DNA of 64,000 bases from Camelus dromedarius (GCF_036321535.1 NC_087437.1:15874001-15938000), one strand, 5' to 3'. Counted from the first letter of the stretch, positions 48,195-61,269 are shown. Notes: generated by a model not told the origin, from the letters alone. A program made the numbers and translations.

Positions 48195-51100
48195 AATTAT
48201 TAATATATAATCCCACATGTTGAAAATAAGATCCTTTATTTAAAAGAACGATAGCTTTTTAAAAAAAGTCTGTCGAATGCTCTGCTTTTCCGTGTTCATT
48301 TCTTTATTTTTCTGGAACAGACTCTGTTTCTTTCAGTTTCTTGAACCCTATTTTTGATTATTCTTGGCTTATAAGAACTCATTCAAGCCTCCTTTCCCCC
48401 TAACATCTTTTAAGTCTTTCGGTCCGGCTACTAGTTCAGAACCAGTGACCAAAGCTGTTCACTGTTGAATAACATACCCAGTCCAGGTGCTGGATTCAGT
48501 CTTTCAGGCTGACAGTGCCCTTCCCCTTGGGTGAATGTTTCTGCCCACCTACTCCACCCACTGACCTCAGAATTTCCTCTAATGAAAACACAGTTATTTG
48601 GGAGAGTGTTTCATCTTTGGGGATTGCCCTCCTCTCTCCCTTTTGCTCTGAACCCCATCAAGGTGCGCTTCCTGTCCCCTGCTTGCCCACAGGTAGAGCC
48701 TAAATGTGAACAGTCCCAATGCGAGCAGCAGGCCCCCTCCCCTCTGAGGCCTTTCTACAGCCTTGGGGGCCATGGGTTTGCTACCCAGAGAGCTGATAGC
48801 ACACAAGCCCATGGGATGTCCATGCCCCCCTGTCTTCCTGACTCAGGAGGAAGAGGCAGAGACAGCTGGACATCCTGATCCCCCTGGGTCCTCTCCTCAC
48901 CCTGGCTCTCCCAGTGGCCAGGCCTTTCTGGTCCCCCCCACTGCCCGCACACCCCCCACGTCTCCATTCCTGCCCGTAGCGGTAAGCTGTGTGCTGGCCC
49001 TTGCCTCTGGGCCACAAAGGGCCTTGTAGACAGACATTGTGTGCTGTTTGCCAACACGGGGGCCCGGGTACACAGAGGGGGCGAGGGAGAGGCCAGCTGC
49101 TCTCTCCTTTCACACAGACCTTTGCTTTCTCCCTTTCAGCCTCCCCCTCGCCTCTCTGTCTTCGAACATGCAGACAGAAATTTAAAAAGCGGTTGCTAAT
49201 TAGAGCCAGAGAATGAGGGTGAGCCTGGAAGAGGGGTGCAGCCGAGAGGCCAGCTCCATGCAGATCCGCCGGAGAGGGAAGGACGGGGCCCCGGAAGGGG
49301 CTGGGGAGGGACGTTTTGACAAAATAAGCAGCAAGGCTTCCTCTTCAGGATGGCGGAGAGGGGTTTTGCCTTAACCTCCCCTCATAAATGGGGAGGGAAC
49401 AAGACCTGACAGAGCTTCTTGTAAACTCCCGTGGCCGGCACTCACCCACCCTAGCCCTCCTTATCTCTGTCCCTCTAGCCCAGTAAACAATACTGTCTAC
49501 TTTGGGAACATTTAAGTGTATCCTTTATTCGTAGTTTTGGTCCTGACTGATGGAGAGTGGGCCATCACCGGCTTCTCTTCCCAGCCAGGGTGGGCTGAGT
49601 GGGGAGCTTCCGCATGTTGGAGCCGCTGAGTCACCAGGAAGCCCCAGCTTGGAAAATGTCTTCTGACAAATCAAGGCTTTCCGTCAAGGCTTTTTTCTCA
49701 CCCAGTCCTATTCTTGGTTCCCTGAGGGATTTCTTTTCCTGACCCAGTGTCATTAAGTTTGCTAAAAGCAGCCCCGATGCCCTGTGCTGAGGTGCTGGTT
49801 GCCTGGTGGGTGGCTGGCTAGGGGAAGAGCAGGCAGTGTTAGGACAGGACCCTGAGCCCTTTGAACCCACGGCAGCCTCAGGGAAGCTTCTAGATACCCA
49901 CAGCAGCAAGGCCAGGGGCATCTACCTGCCGGAGCTTAGAATGGAGCGGCCAGGCTCAGTGAAGGCCTGGAGGTGCCTGGGAGGACCGGCTTTGGAGAGC
50001 TGTCGGTCATGGGGAGGGAGGGTTACCTGGCAACTTGGCCTGTCTAGAGATGCAGTTTCTCCAGGGATATGGGGAACGAACCCAAGATGCAGACATGCAA
50101 AGGTTTTGATGTCAGTGCCCTGTGCATTGAAAAAATGAGGTAATTTTCAGATTTTCTTGTGAATGTAGATGAAGAAATGAAACAGCATGATGTGGAAGGC
50201 TCACACACACTGGTACTGACTAGTCAGGGAGGAAGAAAGGAGAAGGAAATAGAACCTGGAGAGAAAGGCTGGTAACTAGCTCATCCTTCTCCACTGGTGG
50301 CTGCTTAAGGTGATGGCTCCATGTGAGAAGAGAGACCAAGCTGGAATCTATTGAGAAAATCCTCGGATTCTGGGATGAGGGATCAAAATGCACTTTTCCG
50401 GACTCCGTCCGCAGTGGATTGTGTCTAGCACACAATGTGCTTCTCTAGGAGCCCAGTGCACCCAGTCTTAACCCTGACCAAGGACTCCTCTAGAAAACAA
50501 CGGCTTGGGTCTGTGTATTATGCAACTAGCCAGGCCACAGAGCTGTTGAGAAAACAGCCAGGCATGGGTAGTTGTCCAGAGCTGGTGGCAGGAAAGCTTG
50601 GATTGTTCCGCCTGGGCTCTGTGCTTCTTAGCAGAATGACCTCTCTGGGACCAGTGTTGCTCTGTGTTAAATGGTTTTACAACACTGGGCTCTGGGTTGC
50701 TGGGAAGACTCCGTGAGAATCTGCCCAGGTTTAGATTCTCTGGGTTCAGCCAAGATCTTGGCACTTTGCAAGGGTTCAAAATGGGATGTTGCTATTATCA
50801 ACATTTTTATTATTAAATTAGCCAGAGGATAATTTTCTCTCTATCTCTGGTGGTGGTTCTCTTGAGGCATATGAGAACTGTGGAAAGAATGTGGTAAATT
50901 TACAGAGTCCCAGGAAATATTAAGGTTTTGTTAACATGATCTGGGTCGCGAATACGTAAAGTATTTCACAGTCTCTGAAAGACAGTGGAAGCCACCCATC
51001 TTGTCATAAATGGAAATGAGTTTTTCCGGTTTGTCATGGCAAAATTAAACTTTTCTAGAATTCTTTTTTTATTTTTGGTAACTTTAAATTTTATTTAAAA

Positions 51101-51839
51101 AGTTGTCATACAGAAAATTCAACTTATTTTGGCAGACAGTTTGACAAATTTGAACCTATGTATAGATTTTGTGTAGCCACCATAAAAATCCAGATACAGA
51201 AGAGATGCCTTCTGCTTTCCCACTGCCCCCTCCCATCCCCAACCCCTGGCGATCAATGACCTGTCCTCCCTCATGTCAACTTTTTGAGACTGGCTTCTTT
51301 CCCTCAGCCTGCTACCTGTGACAGTCATCCAAATTGCTGTTCGTGTCAATTGTTTGCTCCTTTTTCTTGCTGAGCAGAATTCCAGGAGATGGAGGCACCA
51401 TATTTGACTTACCTATTCACCTGCTGCAGCACATCTGGATTGTTTCCAGTTTTTGGTGATTATCAATATAGTTGTAAACGTTCAGGTACAGGTTTTTGGG
51501 TAGACAGACATGCTCATTTCTCTAGGGTTAATCCCCAGGGGAGGGATTGCTAGGTCACATGGAAATAGTGTGTTTATCTGCTGGGCTGAGTGGCTGTACC
51601 ATTTTGTGTTACCACCAGCAGTTGCCCTGCACCCTTGTAGCTCTTGGTATTGTCAGCATTTTTTACTTTAGTCATTTGAATTAGTGTGTCGTATCTCATG
51701 GTGGTTTTAATTTGCATTTCTTTAGTGAATAATGATGTTGAATATCTTTTATGTGCTTATTTGCCATCTGTTTATACTGTTTGGTGAAGTGTGTATTCAA
51801 CATTTTCGCCTACATTTTAATTAGGCTGTTTGTTTCCTT

Positions 51840-52322
51840 TTTTTTCCATTTTATTTTTGTTTTTACATATACATACATATGTTCCTTTTCATATTCTTTT
51901 TCATTATAGGTTAGTGTAAGATACTGAACATAGTTCCCTGTGCTCTACAATATAAACTTGGTGTTTATCTATTTTATATATAGTAGTTAGTATCTGCAAA
52001 TCTCGAACTCCTAATTTATCCCTTCCCATTCCCTTTACCCCCTGGTAACCATAAGTTTGTTTTCTATGTCCGTGAGTCTTTCTATTTTGTAAGTAAGTTC
52101 ATTTGTGTCTTCTTTCTGGATTCTGCTTATGTAAGTGATATTGTACGGTATTTTTCTTTCTCTTTCTGGCTTACTTCATTTAGAATGACATTCTCCAGGT
52201 TCATCCATGTTGCTGCAAATGGCGTTATTTTATTCCTTTTTATGGCTCAGTGGTATTCCATTGTATAAATATACCACAACTTCTTTATCCAGTCATCTGT
52301 CTACAGACATTTAGGTTGTTTC
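51840..52322 (-). mobile_element. Lineage-young 5'-truncated L1 (3' UTR)
   Basis: Reverse complement of about 57130-57620; 17-bp TSD-like flanks aggctgtttgtttcctt (51823-51839) / aggttggttgttttctt (52323-52339). Confidence 0.88.
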
Positions 52323-52501
52323 AGGTTGGTTGTTTTCTTACTATTGAATTGGGAGATTTCTTTGTATATTTTGGATACAAGTCCTTTTGTTGAATGTGTG
52401 GTTTGAAAATATTTTCTAGTTTGTAACTTGTCTCTTCTTTCTCTTGACAATGTCTTTTACAAAGCAAACATTTTTAATTTTGATGAAATCCAACTTATCC
52501 A

Positions 52502-53042
52502 TTAAAATTTGTTTTATTCAAGATTGTATTTTTTTTTGGAGCAATTCTAGGTTCACAGCAAAATCAAGAGGAAGGTTCAGAGATTTCTCATATCCCCCCT
52601 ACCCCAATACATTACCAGAGAGGGCACATTTGTTGCAGTAGATGAATCTGTAGCATCATAATCACTCACAATCTATAGTTTACAATAATGTTCACTCTTG
52701 GTGTTGTACATCTGTGAATTTGGACAAACATATAATGACATGTCCATCATTACAGTATCAAACAAAGTGTTTTCACTGCCCTCAGAATCATCTGTTCTCT
52801 GCCTTTTCATCCTTCTGCACATCCATCCCCTGGCAACCACTGATCATTTTACTGTCTCCATAATTTCACCTTTTCCAGAGTGTCATAAAGTACCAATCAT
52901 GCAGTATGCAGCCTTTTCAAATTGGCTTCTTTCCCTTAGTAATTTACATTTAAGGTTTCTCCATGTCCTTTTCATAGCTTGACAGCTCAGTTCTTTTGAG
53001 AGCTGAATAATACTCCGTTGTCTGGAGACTCTATCCATATTT
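52502..53042 (-). mobile_element. L1MC1-like 3' end
   Basis: gagcaattctaggttcacagcaaaat…ttcactcttggtgttgtacat; TSD tccaacttatcca (52489-52501) / tccaatttatcca (53043-53055). Confidence 0.8.
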
Positions 53043-53209
53043 TCCAATTTATCCAACCAATTATTTTTTCAATAGTTCCAGGATAAGGGTCCTACTTTTG
53101 GTGTCATGTCCAGTAATTCTTTGCTCAACCCCAGGTCACAAAGGTTTTCTCCGAATGTTATCTTCTCAAAGTTTTATAGTTTTGTGTTTTACATTCAGGT
53201 CTGTGATCG

Positions 53210-53312
53210 TTTTTTTTTTTTTTTTTTTTAATTGAAGTATAGTCAGTTACAATGTGTCAGTTTCTGGTGTACAGGATAATGTCCCAGTCATGCATATATA
53301 TACATGTATTTG
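53210..53312 (-). mobile_element. Lineage-young L1 extreme 3' end (about 100 nt with T20 tail)
   Basis: T20 then aattgaagtatagtcagttacaatgtgtcagtttctggtgtacag. Confidence 0.88.
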
Positions 53313-53424
53313 TTTTCAGTTAGCTTCTGTTGAAGGTGTGAGGTTCAGGTTCAAGGTCATTTTATTATTATTTTGCTTTCAATGTCCAGTTGTCCCAACA
53401 TCAGAGAAGGATCCTTCATCTCCT

Positions 53425-53710
53425 TTAAGCCTTTCCTTGAATATTACCTTCTCAGTGGCCCCTACCCTGATCACCCTACTCACGGTGTAGACCACCCTCC
53501 ATAACCTCCCATCTCCCCTACCTCGATTTATTTTTTTTCCATAGGACTTATCATCTCTAGCATAGCATATGACTTACTTACTGATTGTGTGTATTATCTG
53601 TGTCTCTTCATTAGCACCTGGGCTGCATGAGGGCAGGGATGCCTGAGGGTGCATGGAGAGGGGTCTGCTTGTTAACTGATGTGTCCTGAGTGATCGGTAA
53701 GCACTGGGTG
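53425..53710 (+). mobile_element. L2 3' region
   Basis: attaccttctcagtggcccctaccctgatcaccc…gcatgagggcaggga. Confidence 0.7.
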
Positions 53711-56700
53711 CACAAAGAGGCTGGGGTCCCCTAGGGCACACGGCTGTAGAGGGAGAAGGCACGGGGGTGGCTGGAGGGAGCTCCCACACCGGCCACAGCA
53801 GTCAGATCCAGATTGAAGCGAGCTATCCAGAGCCCTGCCTCACAGGTCCATCAAGCAATACAGGTTTGTCAGAGTTTACACTCCACTCCTAACCCTCCAC
53901 CCCGAGCTCTGCTCTCACTCACCAGCCCACCATATTGTTCAATGCCAGGAAGAACTTAAGCAATGAAACCATTTTTCCTCTACGTCTTAAAGTATTTGTT
54001 CCGTGAAATTTAAGCTTTATCCCTTTTCCCCCCTTCTACTTCTGAAAAGAAAAAAAGCGTTCTAATGCCCTGGGAAAATGATCTTAAACTCTAATCAACC
54101 CTCCAGCCTGAGTGTGAGAAGCCACTCCGAGGAGGGGTGGTTGGCAGGCAGGGGGCTCGCGGGGAAAGCTGTTTGGGAGGCAGAGTTGGCTAGAAGAGAG
54201 GTTTCAACTGACAGCTGCTGACAGTGCTTCACTTCCAGCGATGGGGTTTAACTTATCAAGGGGGAGGCCCGGGGAATCGGAGAAGCAAAGAGAGGGAGCG
54301 GCCAGAAGAGAAGAGGGCAGGTTAGATAACATGGGGTGGGGGACTTGGTGGATTCCCGTCCTCTGTAACCAGCCCCTCTTCCTGCTATCCCTTCACTGAG
54401 GCCCAGCAGCCCTCGCTCTATGTCTCTCCAATGGCAGGTGGGGGGCATGCTGACGTGGTGTCTCCCTGGGGTCTGCGCTGGAATTTCTGTGTAGGCGGGG
54501 CTCGTGGCCACAGTGTGGTTGGGTGGGTGGGGAGGGAGCTAGCTGGGCACTTGAAGGCTGTGTGTGTACAGCAGGCACACTGTTCTTAAAGTGAATGCTA
54601 ATTTGGAGTGCAGGGCATTGATGGGGACAGAATGGGAGGGCAGCCGCTGAGTGTGTTGGGATCTGGCTAGGGGAGGTGGGGGTGGTGGTAACCACCTGCA
54701 GGAGCTGGTCCTTCCCCTTCTTCGCTGCAGAGGAATTAGCTGGCCTCCCTGGATACCATCCCGCCTTCCGCCCCAAAGCGGAACCCTTCAGGTCCAGCAG
54801 ATCCTGGCAAAATGCCCTCAGTTCAGCTAGCCCTGCTCTTTGATGATCTCTGAACAGCTAAGGCTCCTGGCCTCTTTGGAATCTGGTCACATACTGCGTT
54901 TGTTTCCAGAAAAGCAAACCCATGTTGTCTCCTATTTCTGTCTCATTTCCACCACTGGGTAGACCCAGTTGGCTAATTTTCCCTTTTGATAAATTTGTTT
55001 CCGTTCAGTGGGAGGGGCTGCTGATTTTGAGTCATCAGACTTTAATGAAGACGCCCATTAACACTTGTGATAATTCATAGAAAAGAAGCCCTCGCAGAGC
55101 TGGCTGAAATGTTTTCCTTTGTCTTTTTTTTTTTTTTTTTTTTAAGTGTTACCAGCTTAAATGGAGGTCTTAATTACAGATCAGAAACAGAAACTTAGCA
55201 GTGTCTGAGAATTGCTTCTCGCCTGTTCCCTTGGCCACACCTACCTCCCCGTGGCTCCTCTTAGGGCAGACCTGCCCCACAGAGGCTGCCTCTCCCGACT
55301 GGTCCCCATCCTTTCTCCCCCTTTGAAGCATCCTTGCTGTGAGTCATCACTGAGTGCAGGGCTTCTCAGCTGTACTGAGAGTGCCTAGATCTTTGGGTCT
55401 TCCTCTGAAAATATACGTATGATAATGTCAAAACAGGGTTACCACACTGGTATGATGTAACTGTTTGCATTCAACAAATAAATGCTTTCAACACAAAAAC
55501 TGCAATACGTAACATTATGCTACGAGAAGATACTTGCAGGGTTTCTAAAGCATGTTCACGTGCAGCACCCTGGAGGCCAGCTAGTTGGATAATGGGGGAT
55601 GCAGTTTGAGATTGTGATGGATTCCTCATTTTAGTCCTGAGAGGCTCTCTCACTGAGTGAATTTGAGGGCTTTCCAGAATGGGAGTGAGGCCAGCTGGCC
55701 CTCCTACCTCACCGCTGGGAGCTGAGCTTGGCCCCTGAGGCTGGGGGGCACGCAGCTGTGATCGAGGTGGGGGCCTCTTGCACCTGCAAATCCCAGTGGC
55801 CCCTCAGCTTCAACCCCGTCTCTGGGAGCCTGGTCTGATTCCTCTTCTTGCTCCCTCTTCAGCCCTGGTGGGTGCACCATGGACCCATTTGGAACCACTG
55901 GGAGTCTGATTTAGAGAACAGGTCAATCTGATGGCCCACTGAGCGGATGGCAGAGGGAGGCTGGCACTGTCATTCTGCTTTCTGTGATGTGGGGACCGTG
56001 TCATCCTGCACGAGCCCTGTCCCATGGCACCCCCAGTGGCCTACAGGGTCGTGGGCATCTGTGTGCCCTGACACCAGGGTCTGCTGCCTGTTTCAAGGGC
56101 AGGCCCCCAGCAAAAAGGACTGCTCCCCTGGCTGTCTTGACTGGCTCTGTGCCTTTCCCAGGGAACAGGGCAAAGGGGCCTGAGGGTGAAGCTCAGGGCT
56201 GACCACGGTTCAGGCCAGGCCTAGCTCACCTTGCTTCTTTATTCTGGGGGAGTCCACCACAGCTCTGGCAGTAGGAGGAAAGCTGAACTTCTAAAAGCTC
56301 TCCTTGTCTATATGCTGATCTTTCAAAAGAAATAATCTGAGCAGAATCTAAATGCCCAGGAGTGATGGGGTGGGTTAGGACTAGAGATTGTCAAAGAACC
56401 TGGGGAGAAAACATTTGTGGAATACTTAATCCTGAAAGAAAGCACTGCGGCTCCTGGCTCCAAGGCCTGAGCAGGAGAGCGTGCCTTATCTCTTCAGGGC
56501 GGTGCTGAGAAGTGTTGTCTGACCTGGAAAAACAGAGACACATGTCTGCAGGTGGGATGAGCCAAAGGCCAGTGGGAAGTTGGTGACTTGGCTGAGGGGA
56601 TGGTCTTTAGACAGCTGCCTGTGGGATGGAGGGTGTGTCCCGTCTCTCTGCCTTCCTGTTGGAGACCCTGCCGACTGCAGTGGCCTCTCACCAAACCCCA

Positions 56701-56833
56701 TCCCAGCACTCCAGGGTCACCCCATCTCCAGATTCATCTTCCTAAATCCCAGACGGCTCAGTCATCCCTCTGCTCACAAATTCCTCGTCACTGTAGGAGC
56801 ACATTCTCAAGCAAGCATTCAAAAGGGCACACA

Positions 56834-57181
56834 TCAAAACTACAATGAGGTGTCCACCTCACACCAGTCAGAATGACCATCATTAAAAAGTCCACAAATG
56901 ATAAATGCTGGAGAGGGTGTGGAGAGAAGGGAACCCTCCTGCACTGTTAGGAATGCAGTTTGGTGCAGCCATTATGGAAAATAGTATGGAGGTTCCTCAA
57001 AAAACTGAAAATAGACTAACCATATGATCTAGCAATCCCACTCCTAGGCATATATCCAGAAGGAACTTTAATTTGAAAAAATACATGCACCCCCAATGTT
57101 CATAGCAGCACTATTTACAATAGCTAAGACATGGAAACAACCTAAATGTCCATCAACAGATGACTGGATAAAGAAGATGTA

Positions 57182-57218
<37 letters not shown>

Positions 57219-57692
57219 GGAATACTACTCAACTATAAAAAAGAATAAAATAATGCCATTTGCAGCAACTTGGATGGACCTGGAGATCATCATTCTAAGT
57301 GAAGTAAGCCAGAAAGAGCAAGAAAAATACTATATGATTATCACTCATATGTGGAATCTAAAAAAAGAAAAAAGAAAATACTAATGAACTTATCTACCAA
57401 AGAGAAACAGACTCACAGACGTAGTAAACAATCTTATGGTCCCCAGGGCTGGGGGAAAGGGGGTAGGAAGGGATAAATTGGGAGTTTGAGATTTGCAAAT
57501 ATTAACTAGTATATATAAATAAACAAATTTATACTGTACAGCACAGGGAACTATATTCAATATCTTGTAGTAACCTATAATGAGAAAGAATATGAAAAAG
57601 AATATATGTATCTACATGTATGACTGAAACATTATGCTGTACACCAGAAACTGACACATTGTAAACTGACTATATTTCAATTTAAAAAAAAA
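56834..57692 (+). mobile_element. Lineage-young 5'-truncated L1 (ORF2 C-terminal Cys-rich domain remnant, 3' UTR, poly-A) with internal (CA)n
   Basis: Translates [26 protein letters not shown] (L1 ORF2p CCHC motif, disrupted); 13-bp TSD aaaagggcacaca (56821-56833) / aaaagtgcacaca (57690-57702); (CA)n at about 57186-57215. Confidence 0.95.
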
Positions 57693-57729
57693 AGTGCACA
57701 CACACCCACAGACACCACAGGCTCCAAAG

Positions 57730-57968
57730 CTTGGCTAAGAGTGTAGACTCTGGGGCCAGACTGCCTGGCTTTGTACTCAGTCTCCACCACCTGCTAGCTG
57801 TTCCACCTTGGGTAGGTTACTTTACTTCTCTGTGCCTCTCAGCTGTAAAGTGGGCATAACTGTAACCTACTTCTTAGGGTAGTTGTGAAAATTGAGTGAC
57901 TTACTGCATGCAAAATGCGCCTTTCACTGCTGGCTCTCAAAGGGCGTTCAGTGTGCATGTTACTATTT
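57730..57968 (+). mobile_element. Near full-length MIR
   Basis: ggctaagagtgtagactctggggccagactgcctgg…ccttgggtaggttactttacttctctgtgcctc…ctgtaaagtggg. Confidence 0.85.
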
Positions 57969-60900
57969 TTAACTCACAGGGAGCGTGCTGGTGCCCCTCC
58001 CCCTTCAAGTCCAAGTGTGCACATTGTAAATCTCATCAGCCACTCTCCCTGAACTTCTGTGTCTTCTATGAACAGTTTTTGATTTCCTGCTTTAATTGCC
58101 AACTGGAGTAATAATTGACTTCTCTGTTCCTACTTGTCTCCCAGCCCATGATCTATTTGCCTCTCTGCCTCCCAACTGAGGAGGCAGACCTGAAGCCCCA
58201 GAAGGGTCCTCGTCCTGTTCTTGCTCATGACCCTGTTTCTTGCAGAGGAGGGCCTTCGGCACAGGGCTCCTCCCTACCTCCCTGCTGCCTTCTTCCTTCC
58301 CCAGGGCTGCTACCCTCCCCCAGCCCCACCCTCTGTCTCTTTCTGTCCTCCCTCTCCCCATCTCTTCCTTCTCCATTCGCCTTGTTTCTCTGACCTCGCC
58401 CACCTCTCTCTTAATGAGAACTTTCACACGTCATATTGATTGGGACTTTTAAAAACCCAGCATTGATTTTTCTGGGGTGCTTTTCATGATCTTATTTTTA
58501 AATGTAGGAAGAAAGTGGTTTTAAAAGCCATTGACTTTGTTCTACTGAGTTAGGAGTCAAGGTTGGCAACTCTTTTCCGGATACCATGTCTCATGAACTG
58601 GGGTCAGGGCTGCCCCCTGCCCCCCACCAACCAATTCACAGACTCGAGTCAGGGCAGAAAGCCTTGAGCAGGGGAGGCCTTGCACACTGGCCTGGCCTTG
58701 AGGACAAGGCTAAAGAGAATGTGTAGAGATGGGCAAAGACCAAGTGGACATACTCCTGGGGACTGACTAAGGGGGAGGTGGGGGAAGGATCCTGGGGGGG
58801 CTTTGCTGGTGTGGCCACTGCTCCCACTGCTCAGCCATAAGGGACAGTTTGTCTCATCTCTTACCCCTGCCAGCCCATCGTGATCCAAGGTCTATGCCAT
58901 GTGCCCGCTGGTGCTGTGCTGAGGGCCCTGCCTGCCTCATCTCAGATCTGTAAAGATGGAATAAGAGAGAGATCTAAGTGGGCAGAATGAGGGAGGGAAA
59001 AGTCAGTCTCCTGCCTCCTGGAGGATGTGTGTGCTCACCCATGCAGGCTGCTTTAAATCTTTTGGGGAAGGACGCTGGATAGACATAAAAGAACCAACAG
59101 AGTCAAGGGAATAGATGAAGATATTGGATGAAGGGAAATAAAGGCAGGGAAATAAGATGTTCTGTGGCTGAGGGTCCTGATGCCCATGGTCAGAGGCGGG
59201 TCCTCTGTATGGACTGGTTGGTTGTCACCAGGTTTGCCCTTTCCCCCCAACCCCTTGGGTTCTATAGCCATGTGTTGTGACCACCCCTCCCCACATGAGT
59301 TTAAAGCTCCATGGAAGCAGCCAGGAAAGCAGCAGCCTGGCCACATCTCCTCTGGGCCTGGCTCCGGGGCAGGGGCAGGGAGGAAGGGTCAAGGCCACAG
59401 CTGGGTCCGTGCAAGAGCCCCTCTGGGCACCATAGCCTGGCGGTCCCTGGCAACAGCATCCTCACCTGGCTCAGTCAGGGCAACGTCAGGCAGGAACAAC
59501 TCGTGGGAAAGCTGGAAGGGATCAAACCATCCTGAGATGACTGGGGACTTTGGGCCTGCTTGCCAACTTCCGGATATTGTCTACATTTTGTTGCAGAACA
59601 CTTTTGCTCTTTTTTCACCTGGCCAACTTCTCCCCAGGTTTGGATTTTAGCTTACGGGTCCCTGGATCCAGAAGCCACACCGTCTCCTCCGGGTGCCTCA
59701 TACGCTCTCTGCCGCCCAGGCATTCTTCTGTGATGCCACACGGACTTCTCTAAAACTGCATCCTATGGTACCAGTGCTTCTGGGGAAAGAAAGGTCAGAG
59801 CTTGTCCTTCAACATGTGGGAACTCTGTAGTCAAAGCCCGAAGGAAAACAACAAATCTACTGAAAACAGTAGCCCGGATAAATCTCTGCCTTCTGTAGGT
59901 GGGGGCTTTGTAACCTTCAACGCTGGGGCCCTGCATTCTTCCAGGAAAGGTAGGTTCTGGAGGGCGTTTGCTTCTGGTTGAGACCCAGTTTGTCAAAATT
60001 AAAGATCTGAAGCTTCCTTGTGGGTATTTTAGGACAGGCTGCTGAGTCTCCGTGGCCACTCCATTTGCAATCCCACCTCTGTAATCCCACCTCTGTGGCT
60101 TAACTGAGGGGTGAAGCTGAGGTGCTTGAAGCTGCTAAGAGGCCACAGCTCATACGGAAGGAAGTGCCAGTGTAGACTTTCAACCTGCTCCCTGTGTCAC
60201 AAAGTGCTGTCACAGCGAGTGGCCTGGTATATGGAGGAGAGAGCCTCAGACAATCCCTGGCTTCTGGCCAGAGGAGGGGCAGGAGGGGCTACAGGACATT
60301 CATCCCGGGGACAGCGGATGCCCAAGTCCCACATTCTGTTTGTCTTTTCCTGGGGGCCCACACCATGGTGATGCCCCCAAATACCTGTTTCCTTATTTTT
60401 GGGCTTTCTCTTCAGGGAAGACAGCAGGGCTCACAGTGCTTTGGGCAGACTCTCCCTCAATGACTGGGACACCCTCTGGTCCCTTCCTTCCCATGACTGC
60501 ACCCCAGTTTCTCACCATCATCTTGAGCACATTCAGTCTTCCCAGGATTAGGGGCCCCCAGTTTGCTCCTGGCTGAAAAGCCTCTGTTTGTTTTATGTGT
60601 GTGGGTTGCTCCCCAGCAGGGTTGTGCTCTGTGACTCTCCCTGCTCTCCCTCCCCTCTGCCTTCTCAGCTGTTCCCCTCTCACCCCACCTCCACACTGGC
60701 AGGATGAGTTTCCCCTTCTCCCAGGATGCCCCCCGGGTTGTCCGCAGGAGCTATAAGGGTAGAGGACTGACCCCAGAGAACATGGGAAGTCTTCAGGGCT
60801 GGGGACGGAGCCTCTGGCCTTCCCAGGCCAGGCTGGGGGATGGCTCTATTTGTGGAGGAAGGAGTCAAAGGAGACTAGCCCTCTGTTTTCCTCATCCTCC

Positions 60901-61269
60901 ATTTTTCTTGTGTCCAGGCCCGTTTGGAGGAGCCTCAGACAGCGGGACCAGGACTGGAGGAGCCTGGCATCTCTGCTGTGCCTGCACATCGGCCTGTGGC
61001 TGAGTTAGCCTCTGTGAGGAGGCAGGGGGCTTGGTCTGGAGCTTCAAAAACTGGAGAACCTTCCCTTCTCCCCACGCCACTGAGTTACCAAGTTCTGTCC
61101 GTTCTGCTGCTAAGGATCTCTGAAACCTTTCCTTTCTCCCCATTGCTCCAGTTATACTGCAGTTAGGCCCTCTCTGGTCATCCTCGCTCCTGTCCTGGCC
61201 GCTCAGTGCGTCTTCCACATGGCTGCCTGCCTCAGGGGTCTTCCCAAAAAGCAAAGCTAGTCTTGGTCA

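Larger units (their letters stand above)
51062..53405 (-). mobile_element. Old L1M host element containing three nested L1 insertions
   Basis: Antisense L1 3' UTR and ORF2 signatures (ggattgtttccagttttt, gtggttttaatttgcatttc, ccaggtcacaaaggtttt) resume on both sides of each insert. Confidence 0.8.

Noticed and set aside
55358..55600. Possible hAT DNA transposon (cagggcttctcag start)
   Set aside because: I could not identify a matching second terminal repeat or TSD by eye; left uncalled.
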